Below, one piece after another: positions 49,307 to 60,072 of a DNA stretch of 64,000 nt (position 1 is its first letter; every line of letters begins with the position of its first letter). The DNA is taken from NCBI GenBank assembly GCA_963802945.1, contig CAWDKY010000015.1, positions 64,001 to 128,000 on the forward strand, given 5' to 3'. Origin of the DNA: an uncultured delta proteobacterium (lineage in GTDB: Bacteria; Desulfobacterota; RBG-13-43-22). The notes under the pieces are model-generated. The model had not been told where the DNA came from. It saw nothing but the letters and a program-made list of their open reading frames with translations, and did not search any database. The position numbers were made by a program, and so were the translations under genes.

Positions 49307-50278
49307 TTACTCTAATGAACCCAGGGAATCAAAATATTCTTCAAAAAGGATCTTTAATCTTTCTTTGCTTTTGGCCAAGGCCACGTTTTTCCTGAATTCT
49401 CCTGATGCCGGAAGTCCCCTGGTCAGGACAAACAAGGTCCTCCGCAAGGCTTTGATTTGAGCCGGGCCCTGATAATTTTCCTCAATCCATTCCCAGTAGG
49501 AAAAAAGCCATTCCCGCCTTTTCTCCGTATCAGGATGGGTCGGGGTTTCTCCGGCCTCCACTTCCCTTATTTGTTTAAATATCCAAGGAGTCCTCAAGGC
49601 TTGACGGCCGATCATGATCCCATCACACTGGGTTTGCCTTTTATGCTGCAGGGCTAGCTCCGGAGAGGTGATATCTCCACTTCCAATGACAGGGATACGG
49701 ACCCCTGCTTTGAGTTCCGTTATCACCGACCAGTCCGCTTGACCGGAAAAACCCTGGATTGCATAACGGGGGTGGATAATCAGGGCATCGACTCCGGAAT
49801 CCTCGGCGACCTGGGCCAATGTCCGGTAGGTTCGATCTCCTTCTTGCCATCCGGAGCGAATCTTGATCGTCAGGGGAAGATGAGTTGCCTTCCGAACGGC
49901 TTTTATCAGCGTTTCAGCTTGGTGCAGATCCTTAAGTAAAGCCGCTCCTGATCCTGATTTGGAGACCTTTTTTACTGAGCAGCCCATGTTGATATCGATA
50001 ATGTCCGCCCCTGCCTCCCCGGACAGAACAGCGGCCCGGGCCATCACTTCCGGGTTGAAACCGAATAACTGAACCGATAAGGGATGGTCCTCGGGAACGG
50101 TTTTCAGGATCGACCAAGTCAAGGGAATCTTTCGGACCAGTCCTTCGGCGCTGACCATTTCGGTGCAGGCCAGCTCGCAGCCCATTCTTCGGACCAACAA
50201 ACGGAAGGGCAAGTCCGTGTATCCGGCCATGGGGGCCATGATGTAAGGAAACGATATGGTTTGGGATCCTAATTTCAT
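49307..50278 (-). CDS. dusB: tRNA-dihydrouridine synthase
   Basis: APMAGYTD, DINMGC, TIKIRSG, GIMIGR. Confidence 0.93.
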   Translation of the reverse strand: MKLGSQTISFPYIMAPMAGYTDLPFRLLVRRMGCELACTEMVSAEGLVRKIPLTWSILKTVPEDHPLSVQLFGFNPEVMARAAVLSGEAGADIIDINMGCSVKKVSKSGSGAALLKDLHQAETLIKAVRKATHLPLTIKIRSGWQEGDRTYRTLAQVAEDSGVDALIIHPRYAIQGFSGQADWSVITELKAGVRIPVIGSGDITSPELALQHKRQTQCDGIMIGRQALRTPWIFKQIREVEAGETPTHPDTEKRREWLFSYWEWIEENYQGPAQIKALRRTLFVLTRGLPASGEFRKNVALAKSKERLKILFEEYFDSLGSLE

Positions 50279-50292
50279 ATGAGGTTCATCTT

Positions 50293-50427
50293 TGATGATT
50301 TCTTAAAAAGCCACCGAAAGCTGATTTTCGTCATTCCGGCGAAAGCCGGAATCCAGGAACCTCAACCGTTTAGAAAATCCCTGGACCCCGGTTTTCACCG
50401 GGGTGACGGCTTTTTGCGAATCCATCA
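50293..50427. repeat. REP-doublet MITE (intact copy)
   Basis: gtcattccggcgaaagccggaatccag ... ctggaccccggttttcaccggggtgac inside tgatgattt..aaaaag / ctttttgcgaatccatca termini. Confidence 0.75.
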
Positions 50428-50549
50428 TCTTTTCATCTTTTTTAATGGACTTTTTTGATTACCTTTAAAGTATATACCACACTAGGCCATTCCTGGATAA
50501 AAAAACCGCTGCTTGACTAATTCAATTGAATATTTTATAAAAAATTAAC

Positions 50550-50647
50550 GGAAGTGGAAAGCTCACTGGTGGGGCTCCCGGACTTCAAATCCGGTGTGCC
50601 GTCTGAAGAGGGCGGCAGGTGGGTTCGATTCCCATGCACTTCCGCCA
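50550..50647 (+). tRNA. selC: tRNA-Sec (UCA)
   Basis: GGAAGTG/CACTTCC acceptor, CCGGA-CTTCAAA-TCCGG anticodon arm, long variable arm, GTGGG-TTCGATT-CCCAT, GCCA end. Confidence 0.95.
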
Positions 50648-50737
50648 ACTTTTATCTGGTTGGACTTTCTACTTTTTTTGACTTTCACGGTTTCCATCAA
50701 ATTCTGGTCTCTATCCTAACAACTATCCATTTACCCC

Positions 50738-50949
50738 AAATTGCAGGATGAATTGCTGAATCGGGAGATTTTTGAGACCTTATTTGAAGCCAAAGTACTT
50801 GTTGAGCGGTGGAAGGTAGAATATAATACACTCAGGCCACATAGTTCATTGAATTACCAGCCTCCTGCTCCAGAGGCTGTTAAGCCAGAGTGGTTAGAAA
50901 ATGCGGTTGTTCTCTCTTAAAAACTGGTACAACTTAGAGGGGCAGGTCA
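50738..50949 (+). mobile_element. IS3-family 3' remnant
   Basis: KLQDELLNREIF..EAKVLVERWKVEYNTLRPHSSLNYQPPAP, stop at 50920, IS3-type right end ...ggggcaggtca. Confidence 0.85.
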
Positions 50950-51047
50950 CTGGATGCTTGATTCTTGATACTGGATAGTCGATGATTCTTTTTATCGGCT
51001 CGATGCTTAAGGTTTTTATCCAGCATCCAGCTTCCATTATCAGTCCT

Positions 51048-52229
51048 CTATTTTTTTCCTCGTATCCTGTCCATAGTGCCCCGAGGGACCCATAACCCTT
51101 CATGGGGACAATGTTCCAGACAACAATAACACTCAATGCACAGCTCCTGATCAAGGGTCAACAGGTGGTCGGAGAACGTCAGGGCTTGGGCCGGACAAGC
51201 CTTGACGCAGAGGCCGCATTCTTGACACTGTTCCGGGCGCCAGCGAGGTTTGGCTTCGTACAACCAGTCATAGGCCCGGCCGATCAACCAAGTTGGTATA
51301 ACCCTCTCAGCCCATTCACGTGATCTGGTAAAAGAATGTTTAAAACCAGGGACCGGAAGTTCAGACCAGTCAGCCCCCCGAAGTTCGATACGAGACGGGT
51401 CGGCGATTCCTAAGCCAGCTTTGGCAGCTCGAACAATGGTAAGGACTCTGGCCGGATTAAATCCCATGATGGAAGCAGCAGTAACATCTAAAGCCACCGG
51501 GTCAGTCGAAGCCAGAAGCCAGCCTGTTTCCCGGGCCTGACCGTGGGTTGGCCCTTGGCCTTCCATGGCGATTATCCCATCCATAAGATTTAAGGCCAGG
51601 GGAACCTTGATCTTTATCCCGCTGAAAATATCAACCAAGGCCTGGGACATGGCCGGGCCACTGAAGGCAATCCTATGAACGGCTCGTTTGAGCGAACCGG
51701 GCAGTAAGCCCAAACAATTTTTAATCGCCCCGGTGATCCCGGTCAGGATATGCGTTTTCATCTTGGGCAGATTGACAATGGCATCAACCTGCTCCAAAAG
51801 GTCCGTGGCCATGAATTTAGGCAATATCTGGCCTTCCGGGCTTTGGAGTTCGATAAATCGGAGTTCCTCAAGATTGACTAACTCAGCCTTAAGGCAAATT
51901 GCCGCCTGATCCAGTCCCATGAGGGTATAGGCCCGTTTGGTCATGCCGTAAGATCCCATTCCACAGGAATCGGCGATAACTAGGTTGGTTTGATGACGGT
52001 TACGCAGGTAATGTCCGACTGCCTCAATCACCTCAACCCGGGTATTGACCGGCTGATCAGGACCATGGTCGGCCGATAGGCAATTGGGTTTAAGCAGGAC
52101 CCGGGCGCCGTTGGACAAAGGGAGGGGTTCCAGGGCGGATAAAATTTTTTCCACCGCCCTGGTCAGATGGGTTGGTTGATAATCCGGACAGCGGCAGACA
52201 CTGACCCGGCTGGAATATTCAGTCATCAA
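51048..52229 (-). CDS. DUF362 protein with C-terminal 2x[4Fe-4S] domain
   Basis: VLLKPN, NLPKMKTH, GAIKN, MEGQGP, DPVALD, CQECGLCVKACP and CIECYCCLEHCP. Confidence 0.92.
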   Translation of the reverse strand: MMTEYSSRVSVCRCPDYQPTHLTRAVEKILSALEPLPLSNGARVLLKPNCLSADHGPDQPVNTRVEVIEAVGHYLRNRHQTNLVIADSCGMGSYGMTKRAYTLMGLDQAAICLKAELVNLEELRFIELQSPEGQILPKFMATDLLEQVDAIVNLPKMKTHILTGITGAIKNCLGLLPGSLKRAVHRIAFSGPAMSQALVDIFSGIKIKVPLALNLMDGIIAMEGQGPTHGQARETGWLLASTDPVALDVTAASIMGFNPARVLTIVRAAKAGLGIADPSRIELRGADWSELPVPGFKHSFTRSREWAERVIPTWLIGRAYDWLYEAKPRWRPEQCQECGLCVKACPAQALTFSDHLLTLDQELCIECYCCLEHCPHEGLWVPRGTMDRIRGKK

Positions 52230-52243
52230 ATTTATTTTATGGG

Positions 52244-52870
52244 TTATGTTTGAACCGGTTGAGAGACAACGCTCTCCATAGACGGGAGACCTTCTCCCGC
52301 CTTCAGATCATCATAAAACCGCGCTAACGTAGTTTGCAAATAAGGCATGATCCACAGGAAGCCTATTCCCAGGCTTAGGATTCCCAACAGGAACCAGCCA
52401 AAGAATCTCCAGCAAAGACAAAACAACTTCCAACGGTTTCCTTTCATCATGGCCTTGCTTTTTTTCAGGGCATCCGACCCGGCCATCTGAGGGTTCTCAG
52501 CCAATATGAAAAAGGTCTGGGAATAAGACAAGGCGGCGACAATGCCGGGAATAACCAGCAGGATGGTCCAGAGTAAAATAAATAAGATCATCAAAAGATA
52601 GGCCACCAGGGCCTGGGTAAGACGCTGGAAACCGTCAAATAACTGGGAGAGTTGGGCATCTTGTTTTCGGGAAAGGGACAGAAAAAAAATGGACATTCCT
52701 AAAACTAAAGGACCGTTGATGATCAGGCTTCCAATCCAACCCACTTTTGGGATAGCTGAAATCAGGACGGCAAGGATAAAATAGATCACACTTCCGCCGA
52801 TAGCCAATCCCCAACGCCCTTTCAGGGCCTCTCTGGCCTGTCGCATCAAATCGCGATTCGTGGTTTCCAT
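52244..52870 (-). CDS. DUF975 family membrane protein
   Basis: AREALKGRWG, LVIPGIVAALSYS, SKAMMKGNRWKLF, GFLWIMPY. Confidence 0.9.
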   Translation of the reverse strand: METTNRDLMRQAREALKGRWGLAIGGSVIYFILAVLISAIPKVGWIGSLIINGPLVLGMSIFFLSLSRKQDAQLSQLFDGFQRLTQALVAYLLMILFILLWTILLVIPGIVAALSYSQTFFILAENPQMAGSDALKKSKAMMKGNRWKLFCLCWRFFGWFLLGILSLGIGFLWIMPYLQTTLARFYDDLKAGEGLPSMESVVSQPVQT

Positions 52871-52904
52871 AGAACACCTCCTTGTTATTATTTCCCGCAG
52901 ATTT

Positions 52905-53662
52905 TCAGATTATACTAAATTTCCAGGCACAAAACCAGTTCTCCGGGTGGTGATCCGGAGGACAGCCGAGACATTCGGTTTTGATCCGACGGTCAATCGT
53001 CGAAGCAAAAAAGGGATATTCGACCAGACCTGCAGATTTGCAGGGATAATCGGGCAATCCTTTCCGTTTTCTGGCCGATTGGACGCGGCAGTCGTTCATC
53101 TGAAATACAAATTGGGTCTTATCTATTTCTTCAATGGATTGTCTATTGATTTGGGCATACATGCGAAACCCGAGGGCGGTTTTTAGTCCTTCCAACCCCG
53201 GAGATTCAGGTAAACCCAGGAGTTTTTTGATCCTCCAGGCTTCGTAAGGGGAAAAACGGGACCAGCAGGTGTCGTTACAGCGTTTGGCATAGTCCATCCC
53301 ATATTGGTTTTCCACGGTTTGAAACCAGACTCCGTCATTGGCCAGCCAGTTGACTGCTGTGGTCTCAATGGCCTCAATCAGTTTTTCTTTGCTCAAGCCG
53401 ACTTCAAGGCCCGGGGAACCCCATTTTCGATTTCGAAACCGAAGAGACCGGCCATACGCTTTAGTATGATTGGCCAAGCCAGATCCCCGGCTTCCCCTTC
53501 AATTTCGGTGGCCTTTTCAATGCCAAGCTGATATTCCACTTCTCGAAACCAGCAGCCGTAATGGATCAAGGTCCTGCGAAATCCTTCCATGAGCCATTGG
53601 ACCAGTTCAGCTTGAGATAGATCTTCTATTCTCTGGGGAAAATGATGTTCAGACATTATCAT
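52905..53662 (-). pseudogene. DUF6125-like protein, frameshifted near 53400
   Basis: N-half HYGCWFREVE...GVPRALKS and C-half LSKEKL...NWLANDGVWFQ...CRVQSAR...CPPD..WFCAW lie in different frames. Confidence 0.75.
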
Positions 53663-53671
53663 TCCTTCTTT

Positions 53672-54223
53672 TTAAAAGAGATGCTCCTTGAGAGCCGAGG
53701 GAGAAAAAGGAAGAAGTCGAAAAATCCTTTTTTCTACCTTCAAGGTGTCTTGATATAAGGCTTCGATGCGCTGTACGGCCTCTTGGGAACGCCCATAGGT
53801 CTCCACCAGATACGCAAAACGTTCTTCTAAATCGACTAGTTCTTCGTGGCGGACCCGTTTATCGGCATAATGAACAATGACCACCTCGTCCAGGCAACCA
53901 TTTTGGAAATACTTATCTTCCAGGAGGACATGCTGGGCCACGATTGGGGCCAACGAATAAAAACCCATGGCTTTGACCTTTTCTTCACCGACCAGGGCAT
54001 GATTGCCCCGAGTCTTAAGGCATTCGGTTTTAGCAATGTCATGGAGTAAAGCACCGGCCTCAACCAGATCCATATTCAATCCCGGGAAATGAACCATCAA
54101 ATTTTTCCCAAGACAAAGGGCTATCCGGGCAACTTGAAGGCTGTGGGCCTTGATATTCGGGAGCATGCCGTGCTGTTCCATCAGGGATAAGCAGATCTCG
54201 CGAGTGGGTATATTATCATTCAT
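53672..54223 (-). CDS. HD-domain protein
   Basis: HS..V, LLHDIAK, H, YADKRV. Confidence 0.9.
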   Translation of the reverse strand: MNDNIPTREICLSLMEQHGMLPNIKAHSLQVARIALCLGKNLMVHFPGLNMDLVEAGALLHDIAKTECLKTRGNHALVGEEKVKAMGFYSLAPIVAQHVLLEDKYFQNGCLDEVVIVHYADKRVRHEELVDLEERFAYLVETYGRSQEAVQRIEALYQDTLKVEKRIFRLLPFSPSALKEHLF

Positions 54224-54298
54224 TGTATTAAGCCCTCATGTCTCGCATGCGCTGGGGCGCCACGAAACATAATAATGTTCCTTTACCGGGAAATGGGT

Positions 54299-54376
54299 CG
54301 TCTTTCCGGCGAAAGCCGGAATCCAGGTTTTTTAAATCGTCAAAAGTCCTGGATGCCGGATCAAGTCCGGCATGAC
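54299..54376. repeat. REP doublet
   Basis: gtctttccggcgaaagccggaatccag ... ctggatgccggatcaagtccggcatgac. Confidence 0.7.
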
Positions 54377-54479
54377 AGTAAACAAATCAATCAAAATTTT
54401 AGTCCGGTTTTTTTTCGTATTAAACCAGCATATACGCTTAAGCAGATAAAAAAATATGAAAACAAATATCTCCGAACTC

Positions 54480-56434
54480 TCATTTTTTAAGCTCCGGAAG
54501 ATTTTTATACAAATCCAAGGCCTCGGGATTGGCCAGGGCGTCTTTGTTCAAAACGGGTTTGCCATGAATCACATTCCTAACCGCCAGCTCTACCTTTTTC
54601 ATGTTGATGGTATAAGGGATATCAATTACCGGAATGATCTTGGCCGGGACATGGCGGGGGGAAGTGTTTTCCCGGATTATTTTTTTGATCTTGTTCACCA
54701 GGGTATCGTCCAACTGCACCCCTTCAGCCGTTTTTACAAAAAGGATAATCCGCACATCACTGTCCCAATCCTGGCCTACGACAATGCTGTCAGCGATCTC
54801 CGGCAGGGTCTCCACCTGCCGGTAGATATCGGCCGTGCCGATGCGCACCCCGCCCGGATTAAGGGTGGCATCAGAGCGCCCATAAATGACCACCCCGCCG
54901 TTTTCAGTGATTTTGATAAAATCACCGTGACACCAGACCCCGGGAAATGTCTTGAAATAGGCGTTTAAATATTTTTCATTATCCGGATCGTTCCAAAAGT
55001 AGAGAGGCATGGAAGGAAAGGGGGCGGTGCAGACCAGTTCTCCCAGTTCGTTGATAACCGATTCCCCCCGGTCATTAAAGGCTTCAACCTTCATGCCCAG
55101 TCCGCGGCACTGGAGTTCTCCTTCATACACCGGCAGAATAGGATTTCCCAGGGCAAAACAACCGTTCAGGTCGGTGCCGCCTGAAATGGAGGCCAGTTGA
55201 ACCTCCTTTTTCACTTCCCGATAAATATAACGGAATCCCTCAACAGCCAGAGGAGAACCGGTGGAAAGCACAGCCCGCAAAGGAGTCAGGTCATAATCCG
55301 TTCCCGGTTTAATCCCTTCCTTCTCAAGGGCCGCAATGTATCGGGCACTGGTCCCGAAGACAGTGATCTTCTCATCCTGGGCCAGCTTCCAGAGGACCCC
55401 GGGATCGGGATAAAAGGGAGATCCATCGAACAGCACCACGGTGGCCCCGCAGGCCAGGGAACAGGTCAGCCAGTTCCACATCATCCAACCGCAGGTGGTG
55501 AAATAAAAGATGGTGTCCTCCCGCTTCAGGTCGGTATGGAGCATCAATTCCTTGAGCTGGTGCACCAGGATGCCGGCTACGCCCTGGACCATACATTTGG
55601 GCAGCCCGGTGGTGCCTGAGGAATACATAATGTACAGAGGATGATCGGCCGGCACCTGGACAAAATCGATTTCCAGGTCGGACTCCGGGGATATAAAGTC
55701 CTGGTAATGAGACGGCCCTGGGTATGGGGCTGATGTCCGGCTTTCCCTGGAGATAAGGCACAACAACGACCTGCTGGATGGAAGGAAGGTCTTGGACGAT
55801 ATCGGCAACCCGGCCGATGGAATCAAAGGATTTCCCGTTGTAGGAATAGCCATCGGTTGTAAAAAGGACCTTGGGTTCGATTTGTCCAAAACGATCCAGG
55901 ACACCCTTGATCCCGAAATCAGGCGAGCAGGAAGACCAGACCGCACCCAGGGAAGTGGCGGCCAGCATGGCGATGATGGTCTCCATCATATTGGGCATGA
56001 ATCCCACCACCCGGTCTCCCGTTTTGACCCCCCGACCCTTAAGAGACTTGGCCAAAGCAGCAACCCGTGAATACAACTTCTGATAGGTGATCCTTTCTGT
56101 TTCTCGGGCTTCCCCCTTAAAGATCAGGGCCGTTTGATCATCCCGATAGCGGAGTAAATTTTCCGCAAAATTAAGCCTGGCCCCTTCAAACCATTTGGCC
56201 CCAGGCATCTTGGTCAGATCATCCACTATCCGATTATAATTATGCGAGGACTTGATCTCTCCAAATTCCCACATGGCCGCCCAGAATTCCGGGATTTGAG
56301 TCACAGACCAGTCATACAGTTCCGGATAGTTTTTAAAATTTTTCCCATAATTCTGATTCACAGAATCGAATGAAACGGGTCATATTGGATTTTTGGATTA
56401 ATTCCCTGGATGGTTCCCACAATGGTTTTTTCAT
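54480..56434 (-). pseudogene. acetoacetate-CoA ligase with two frameshifts (~56370, ~55710)
   Basis: MKKPLWEPS...MTRFI/...RLNFAENLL...WSSCSPDFG.../HYQDF...[11 protein letters not shown]...GWMMWNW...GRSDATLNPGGVRIGT. Confidence 0.85.
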
Positions 56435-56728
56435 AATATTTTTTTCTTATTATTTATTTTATTCTGTTAATCCTGACTAAAAGCAACTTGGTTATGGAGA
56501 TTTTAATAATGGAAGGGATTTTTATCAACCTAAATCTTCATCATTTGAAAATCCTGGGAAAGGTAAAAAACATAATATTTGACTTGACAATAAGGAGAGC
56601 TTTAATGCAGCATACTTGTAAGATTTAATGGTAGACCTCATAAGGCACGTCCCCGCTAAATCAATCCAAGAGGTTAATTCATTAAAGTATAACCCTATCT
56701 TTTAAATACTTAGGAGGAACTGATAACT

Positions 56729-57928
56729 ATGGCTAAACCTGCAGGAAATCGAATGATACAAATTAACAATGGAATAATCGGACCACGCGAACCCCGAAGA
56801 AAGACGGTCAAAGTCAAGAAGACCAGTGACTATCCGGAAGTGTCTAAAGCCCTTCTTGAGGTTGCAGAACTATATGCCGACCGTAAAATGGCCGGGGGCG
56901 TTCCGATCTGTGACGAATCCATCGCCTTGATGCTGCATTTATTTACAGAGGAAGAGGCCTCAATCATGAGGTACTTGAAACCAGGAGTAAAAGAAACGGC
57001 CAAGGCAGTGGCCGAGGCCGAGCACCGGCCGGTTGAAGAAGTGAAAAAAATTCTGCACAGCCTGGCCGAGGAGAAACATATCATTGTCAGTATCGGTTCG
57101 GGAGAAGAAAAAGTCTATTTGGCCCTTCCTTTGCTGCCGGGTGTTTTTGAGTTTGTTTTATTCAGATCCTCAATGGATACCTTGACGGATTGGCATCGCC
57201 GCTTCTGCGAGTTGTTTGAAAAACTCTATGAGACCGGCTATTCCATAGACGTTGTGAGCAAGGCCCCTCCAGCCATTAAATATTTGCCCATCGGCCAGGT
57301 CATCGAATCCAACCCCATGGCCTTTCCGTCGGATAAACTGGAGGAGGTTTTCTCCCGGTATAAAACCTTCGGCGTAACCCTTTGCCAGTGCCGCATAGCG
57401 GAAAAAGTGGTCGGCCGCGGTTGTGAAAGACCTATGGAGGTTTGCATGTCCATGGGACCTATGGCCGAAGCGGCCATCCGCTCAGGCCGATTACGCCGTA
57501 TCGAATTGAAGGAGGCCCTGGAGATCAAGGCCGAGGCCGAGGCCAATGGCTTGGTCACCTGGATTGACAATCGTGATCCGAAATTGGGTGGGACCTCTTG
57601 TTCCTGCTGCGGGTGCTGTTGTCATTTTATGAGAAGGATATCCGAATTCAATATGCCTGGCAGGATTGCTCCTCCGCACTTTATGCCCAAGGTCGATTTT
57701 GATCAGTGTAATTTTTGCGGCAAATGCGCCCTGGCCTGTCCGATGGGGGCCATCACGGTGGATATCGTAAATAATAAGCATGTCCACGACCCCAATCGCT
57801 GTATCGGCTGTGCCCAATGTGCTGTGGCCTGTAGTAAACTCAAAGCCATCGAGATGCAAGCCGTTCCGGACTACCAGGAATTTGTTCAGAACAGTACCAG
57901 ATCATTACTGAGTTCCTCCGGGGATTAA
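56729..57928 (+). CDS. multi-[4Fe-4S] ferredoxin-domain protein
   Basis: LFTEEEA HTH-like N-terminus, CQCR, CSCCGCCC, CNFCGKCALACP, CIGCAQCAVAC. Confidence 0.88.
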   Translation: MAKPAGNRMIQINNGIIGPREPRRKTVKVKKTSDYPEVSKALLEVAELYADRKMAGGVPICDESIALMLHLFTEEEASIMRYLKPGVKETAKAVAEAEHRPVEEVKKILHSLAEEKHIIVSIGSGEEKVYLALPLLPGVFEFVLFRSSMDTLTDWHRRFCELFEKLYETGYSIDVVSKAPPAIKYLPIGQVIESNPMAFPSDKLEEVFSRYKTFGVTLCQCRIAEKVVGRGCERPMEVCMSMGPMAEAAIRSGRLRRIELKEALEIKAEAEANGLVTWIDNRDPKLGGTSCSCCGCCCHFMRRISEFNMPGRIAPPHFMPKVDFDQCNFCGKCALACPMGAITVDIVNNKHVHDPNRCIGCAQCAVACSKLKAIEMQAVPDYQEFVQNSTRSLLSSSGD

Positions 57929-57972
57929 AATCAAATCAGGCGTTAACAGGACTAAGGCCTTAGGAAAACAAC

Positions 57973-58407
57973 ATGCATGAAATGTCCCTGGTCCAGAATA
58001 TCATCGACATTGTTCAACAGGAGATGGATCGTCATGGTGTAGAGAAACTTAAAGCCATCCACCTGGCCGTGGGCAGGATGTCCGCCGTGGTCCCGGAGCA
58101 GTTGACCCTTTGCTTTGAGATTCTGACCAGCAAGACAAATCTGGCCGGTACTGCCCTCAATATAAAAATGGTGCCGATAACCTATCAATGTCGAGATTGT
58201 CATCAAGAATTCACTTCGGAAGGGTTTACTTATAAATGCCCTTCCTGTAATGGAGAAAATGCGGAACTGATATTCGGTCGGGAATTGAAAATCGAATGCA
58301 TCGAGGTCATGCAGATTAAAAGTAATTTTTCATCGCAGCTGGTTCTGGGTACGTCATTCCTGGAATTTCGGGGTCTGTATCTAAACCTTTTGAGAACCTG
58401 TAATTAA
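57973..58407 (+). CDS. hypA: Ni metallochaperone HypA (C-terminus probably extended by an indel)
   Basis: MHEMS, CRDC...CPSC, GRELKIECIEV; GCA GAT TAA (AD*) follows out of frame. Confidence 0.88.
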   Translation: MHEMSLVQNIIDIVQQEMDRHGVEKLKAIHLAVGRMSAVVPEQLTLCFEILTSKTNLAGTALNIKMVPITYQCRDCHQEFTSEGFTYKCPSCNGENAELIFGRELKIECIEVMQIKSNFSSQLVLGTSFLEFRGLYLNLLRTCN

Positions 58408-58443
58408 GTACCTAATCATTGAAAGTGAATTTGTTAGGAGGCA

Positions 58444-59112
58444 ATGATGAAAATACCCGTGGTACGCAATGTTTTGGAAGTCAATGACCGGATCGCCGAT
58501 CAGAATCGGGAGATATTCGACCGGAACAACTTATTTGTGATCAACCTCATGTCCAGTCCTGGGGCCGGCAAGACAAGCCTCTTGGAAAAAACCATAGAAC
58601 GATTAAAAGACCGTCTGCCTATGGGGGTGATCGAAGGGGATATCCAGTGCAGCTTTGATGCCGAACGGATCGCCAAAAAAGGGATCCAGGCCATACAGAT
58701 CAACACCGATGGGGCCTGTCACCTGGACGGAAATATGATCCGGGAGGCAATGAATCAGCTCGATTTATCTGCCCTGGATCTGCTCATCGTGGAGAATGTG
58801 GGCAACCTGGTCTGCCCCGCCGAATTTAAGGTGGGGGAGAATATGAAAGCTATGCTTTTGTCCGTCACCGAAGGGGATGACAAGCCATTAAAATATCCCC
58901 TAATGTTTCAGGAAAGCCGGGTTCTTATTATCAATAAAATCGATCTGCTTCCTTATGTCGATTGCCGTGTTGATAAAATCAAGGAAGCGGTAGCACAACT
59001 GAATCGGGATATGGTTATATTTGAAGTGTCCTGCAAGACCGGTGAAGGGATTGAAGCCTGGGCGAATTGGCTGGAAGAACAGGTTAAGCGATCAAAAACA
59101 TCCAAAGGTTAA
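58444..59112 (+). CDS. hypB: Ni-GTPase HypB
   Basis: SSPGAGKT, GACHLD, ENVGNLVCPA, EGDDKPLKYP, NKID. Confidence 0.96.
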   Translation: MMKIPVVRNVLEVNDRIADQNREIFDRNNLFVINLMSSPGAGKTSLLEKTIERLKDRLPMGVIEGDIQCSFDAERIAKKGIQAIQINTDGACHLDGNMIREAMNQLDLSALDLLIVENVGNLVCPAEFKVGENMKAMLLSVTEGDDKPLKYPLMFQESRVLIINKIDLLPYVDCRVDKIKEAVAQLNRDMVIFEVSCKTGEGIEAWANWLEEQVKRSKTSKG

Positions 59113-59174
59113 GGTGGACACCGGCGTTTGAAGAGGTGATTGACTGATATTCATTTTCAATCAGGAGGTCGATT

Positions 59175-59984
59175 ATGACACTGGTGAAATTAAACCGGGT
59201 AAATCTGAATTATAAAGCGGTGGGAAAAGGTGAAGCCGTGATTTTCCTTCACGGCTTCACGGGCAGCGGGATAGATTGGGCCAACCAGATGAAGGTTGTA
59301 AAAAATAAATACCGAGGGATTGCCCTGGACTTCAGAGGCCACGGCAAGTCGGAAGCCCCAACTAAAGAAAAGGACTATTCGATTTATCTCAACTGTGAAG
59401 ATGTTTATCGGTTGATAAATCATCTTGGCATCGGACGCTGCTGCCTGGTGGGGCATTCCATGGGAGGTTTCACTGCTTTGCAGTTCGCCCTGGATCATCC
59501 TGAGATGGTCAGGGGATTGGTGCTGGTCGATACCTCCAGCGGCGAATGGGATGTCGTCCCTGGATATGCCGAATTAAGGGCCAAGCTGGACGAACTGGCC
59601 AGGACCAAGGGGCTTGAGGCCGCCTTTGCCTATGATGCCGCCAACAACCCTATTCGAATTCAAAGATTTCAAAAAGAACCCGAACAGCGGGAAATAGCCC
59701 GGCAGAAAACAATGAATACCTCAGTGGATGGCTATATATACGTTCCAAGGTCTTTTGGAAAATGGCAGCCGGTAACTTCGAGGCTGGGTGAAATCAAGGT
59801 GCCGACCATCATCTTCCGTGGAGAGGAGGACTTGGGCTTTGTACGGGCGTCCCAAATCTTGAAGGAATCCATCAAAGGGGCTGAACTGGTTGTTATCGCA
59901 GGGGCCTATCACAATCCCCATGAAGAATCTCCTGCCTTCTTCAATGAAAACTTCTTGAAATTTCTATCTGGAATAAAGTGGTAG
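59175..59984 (+). CDS. alpha/beta hydrolase
   Basis: LHGF, DFRGHG, GHSMGG, GEED, HNPH. Confidence 0.93.
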   Translation: MTLVKLNRVNLNYKAVGKGEAVIFLHGFTGSGIDWANQMKVVKNKYRGIALDFRGHGKSEAPTKEKDYSIYLNCEDVYRLINHLGIGRCCLVGHSMGGFTALQFALDHPEMVRGLVLVDTSSGEWDVVPGYAELRAKLDELARTKGLEAAFAYDAANNPIRIQRFQKEPEQREIARQKTMNTSVDGYIYVPRSFGKWQPVTSRLGEIKVPTIIFRGEEDLGFVRASQILKESIKGAELVVIAGAYHNPHEESPAFFNENFLKFLSGIKW

Positions 59985-60035
59985 TTGTTCTTTTTGAATA
60001 GTTTTAATCAAGGAGCAACACGGAAAACCGGAATT

Positions 60036-60063
60036 GGAGCGAGGCTGATATCGGCCCCGCTCC
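60036..60063. terminator. hairpin between convergent genes
   Basis: GGAGCGAGGCTG-ATAT-CGGCCCCGCTCC. Confidence 0.5.
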
Positions 60064-60072
60064 GCTGTTATT

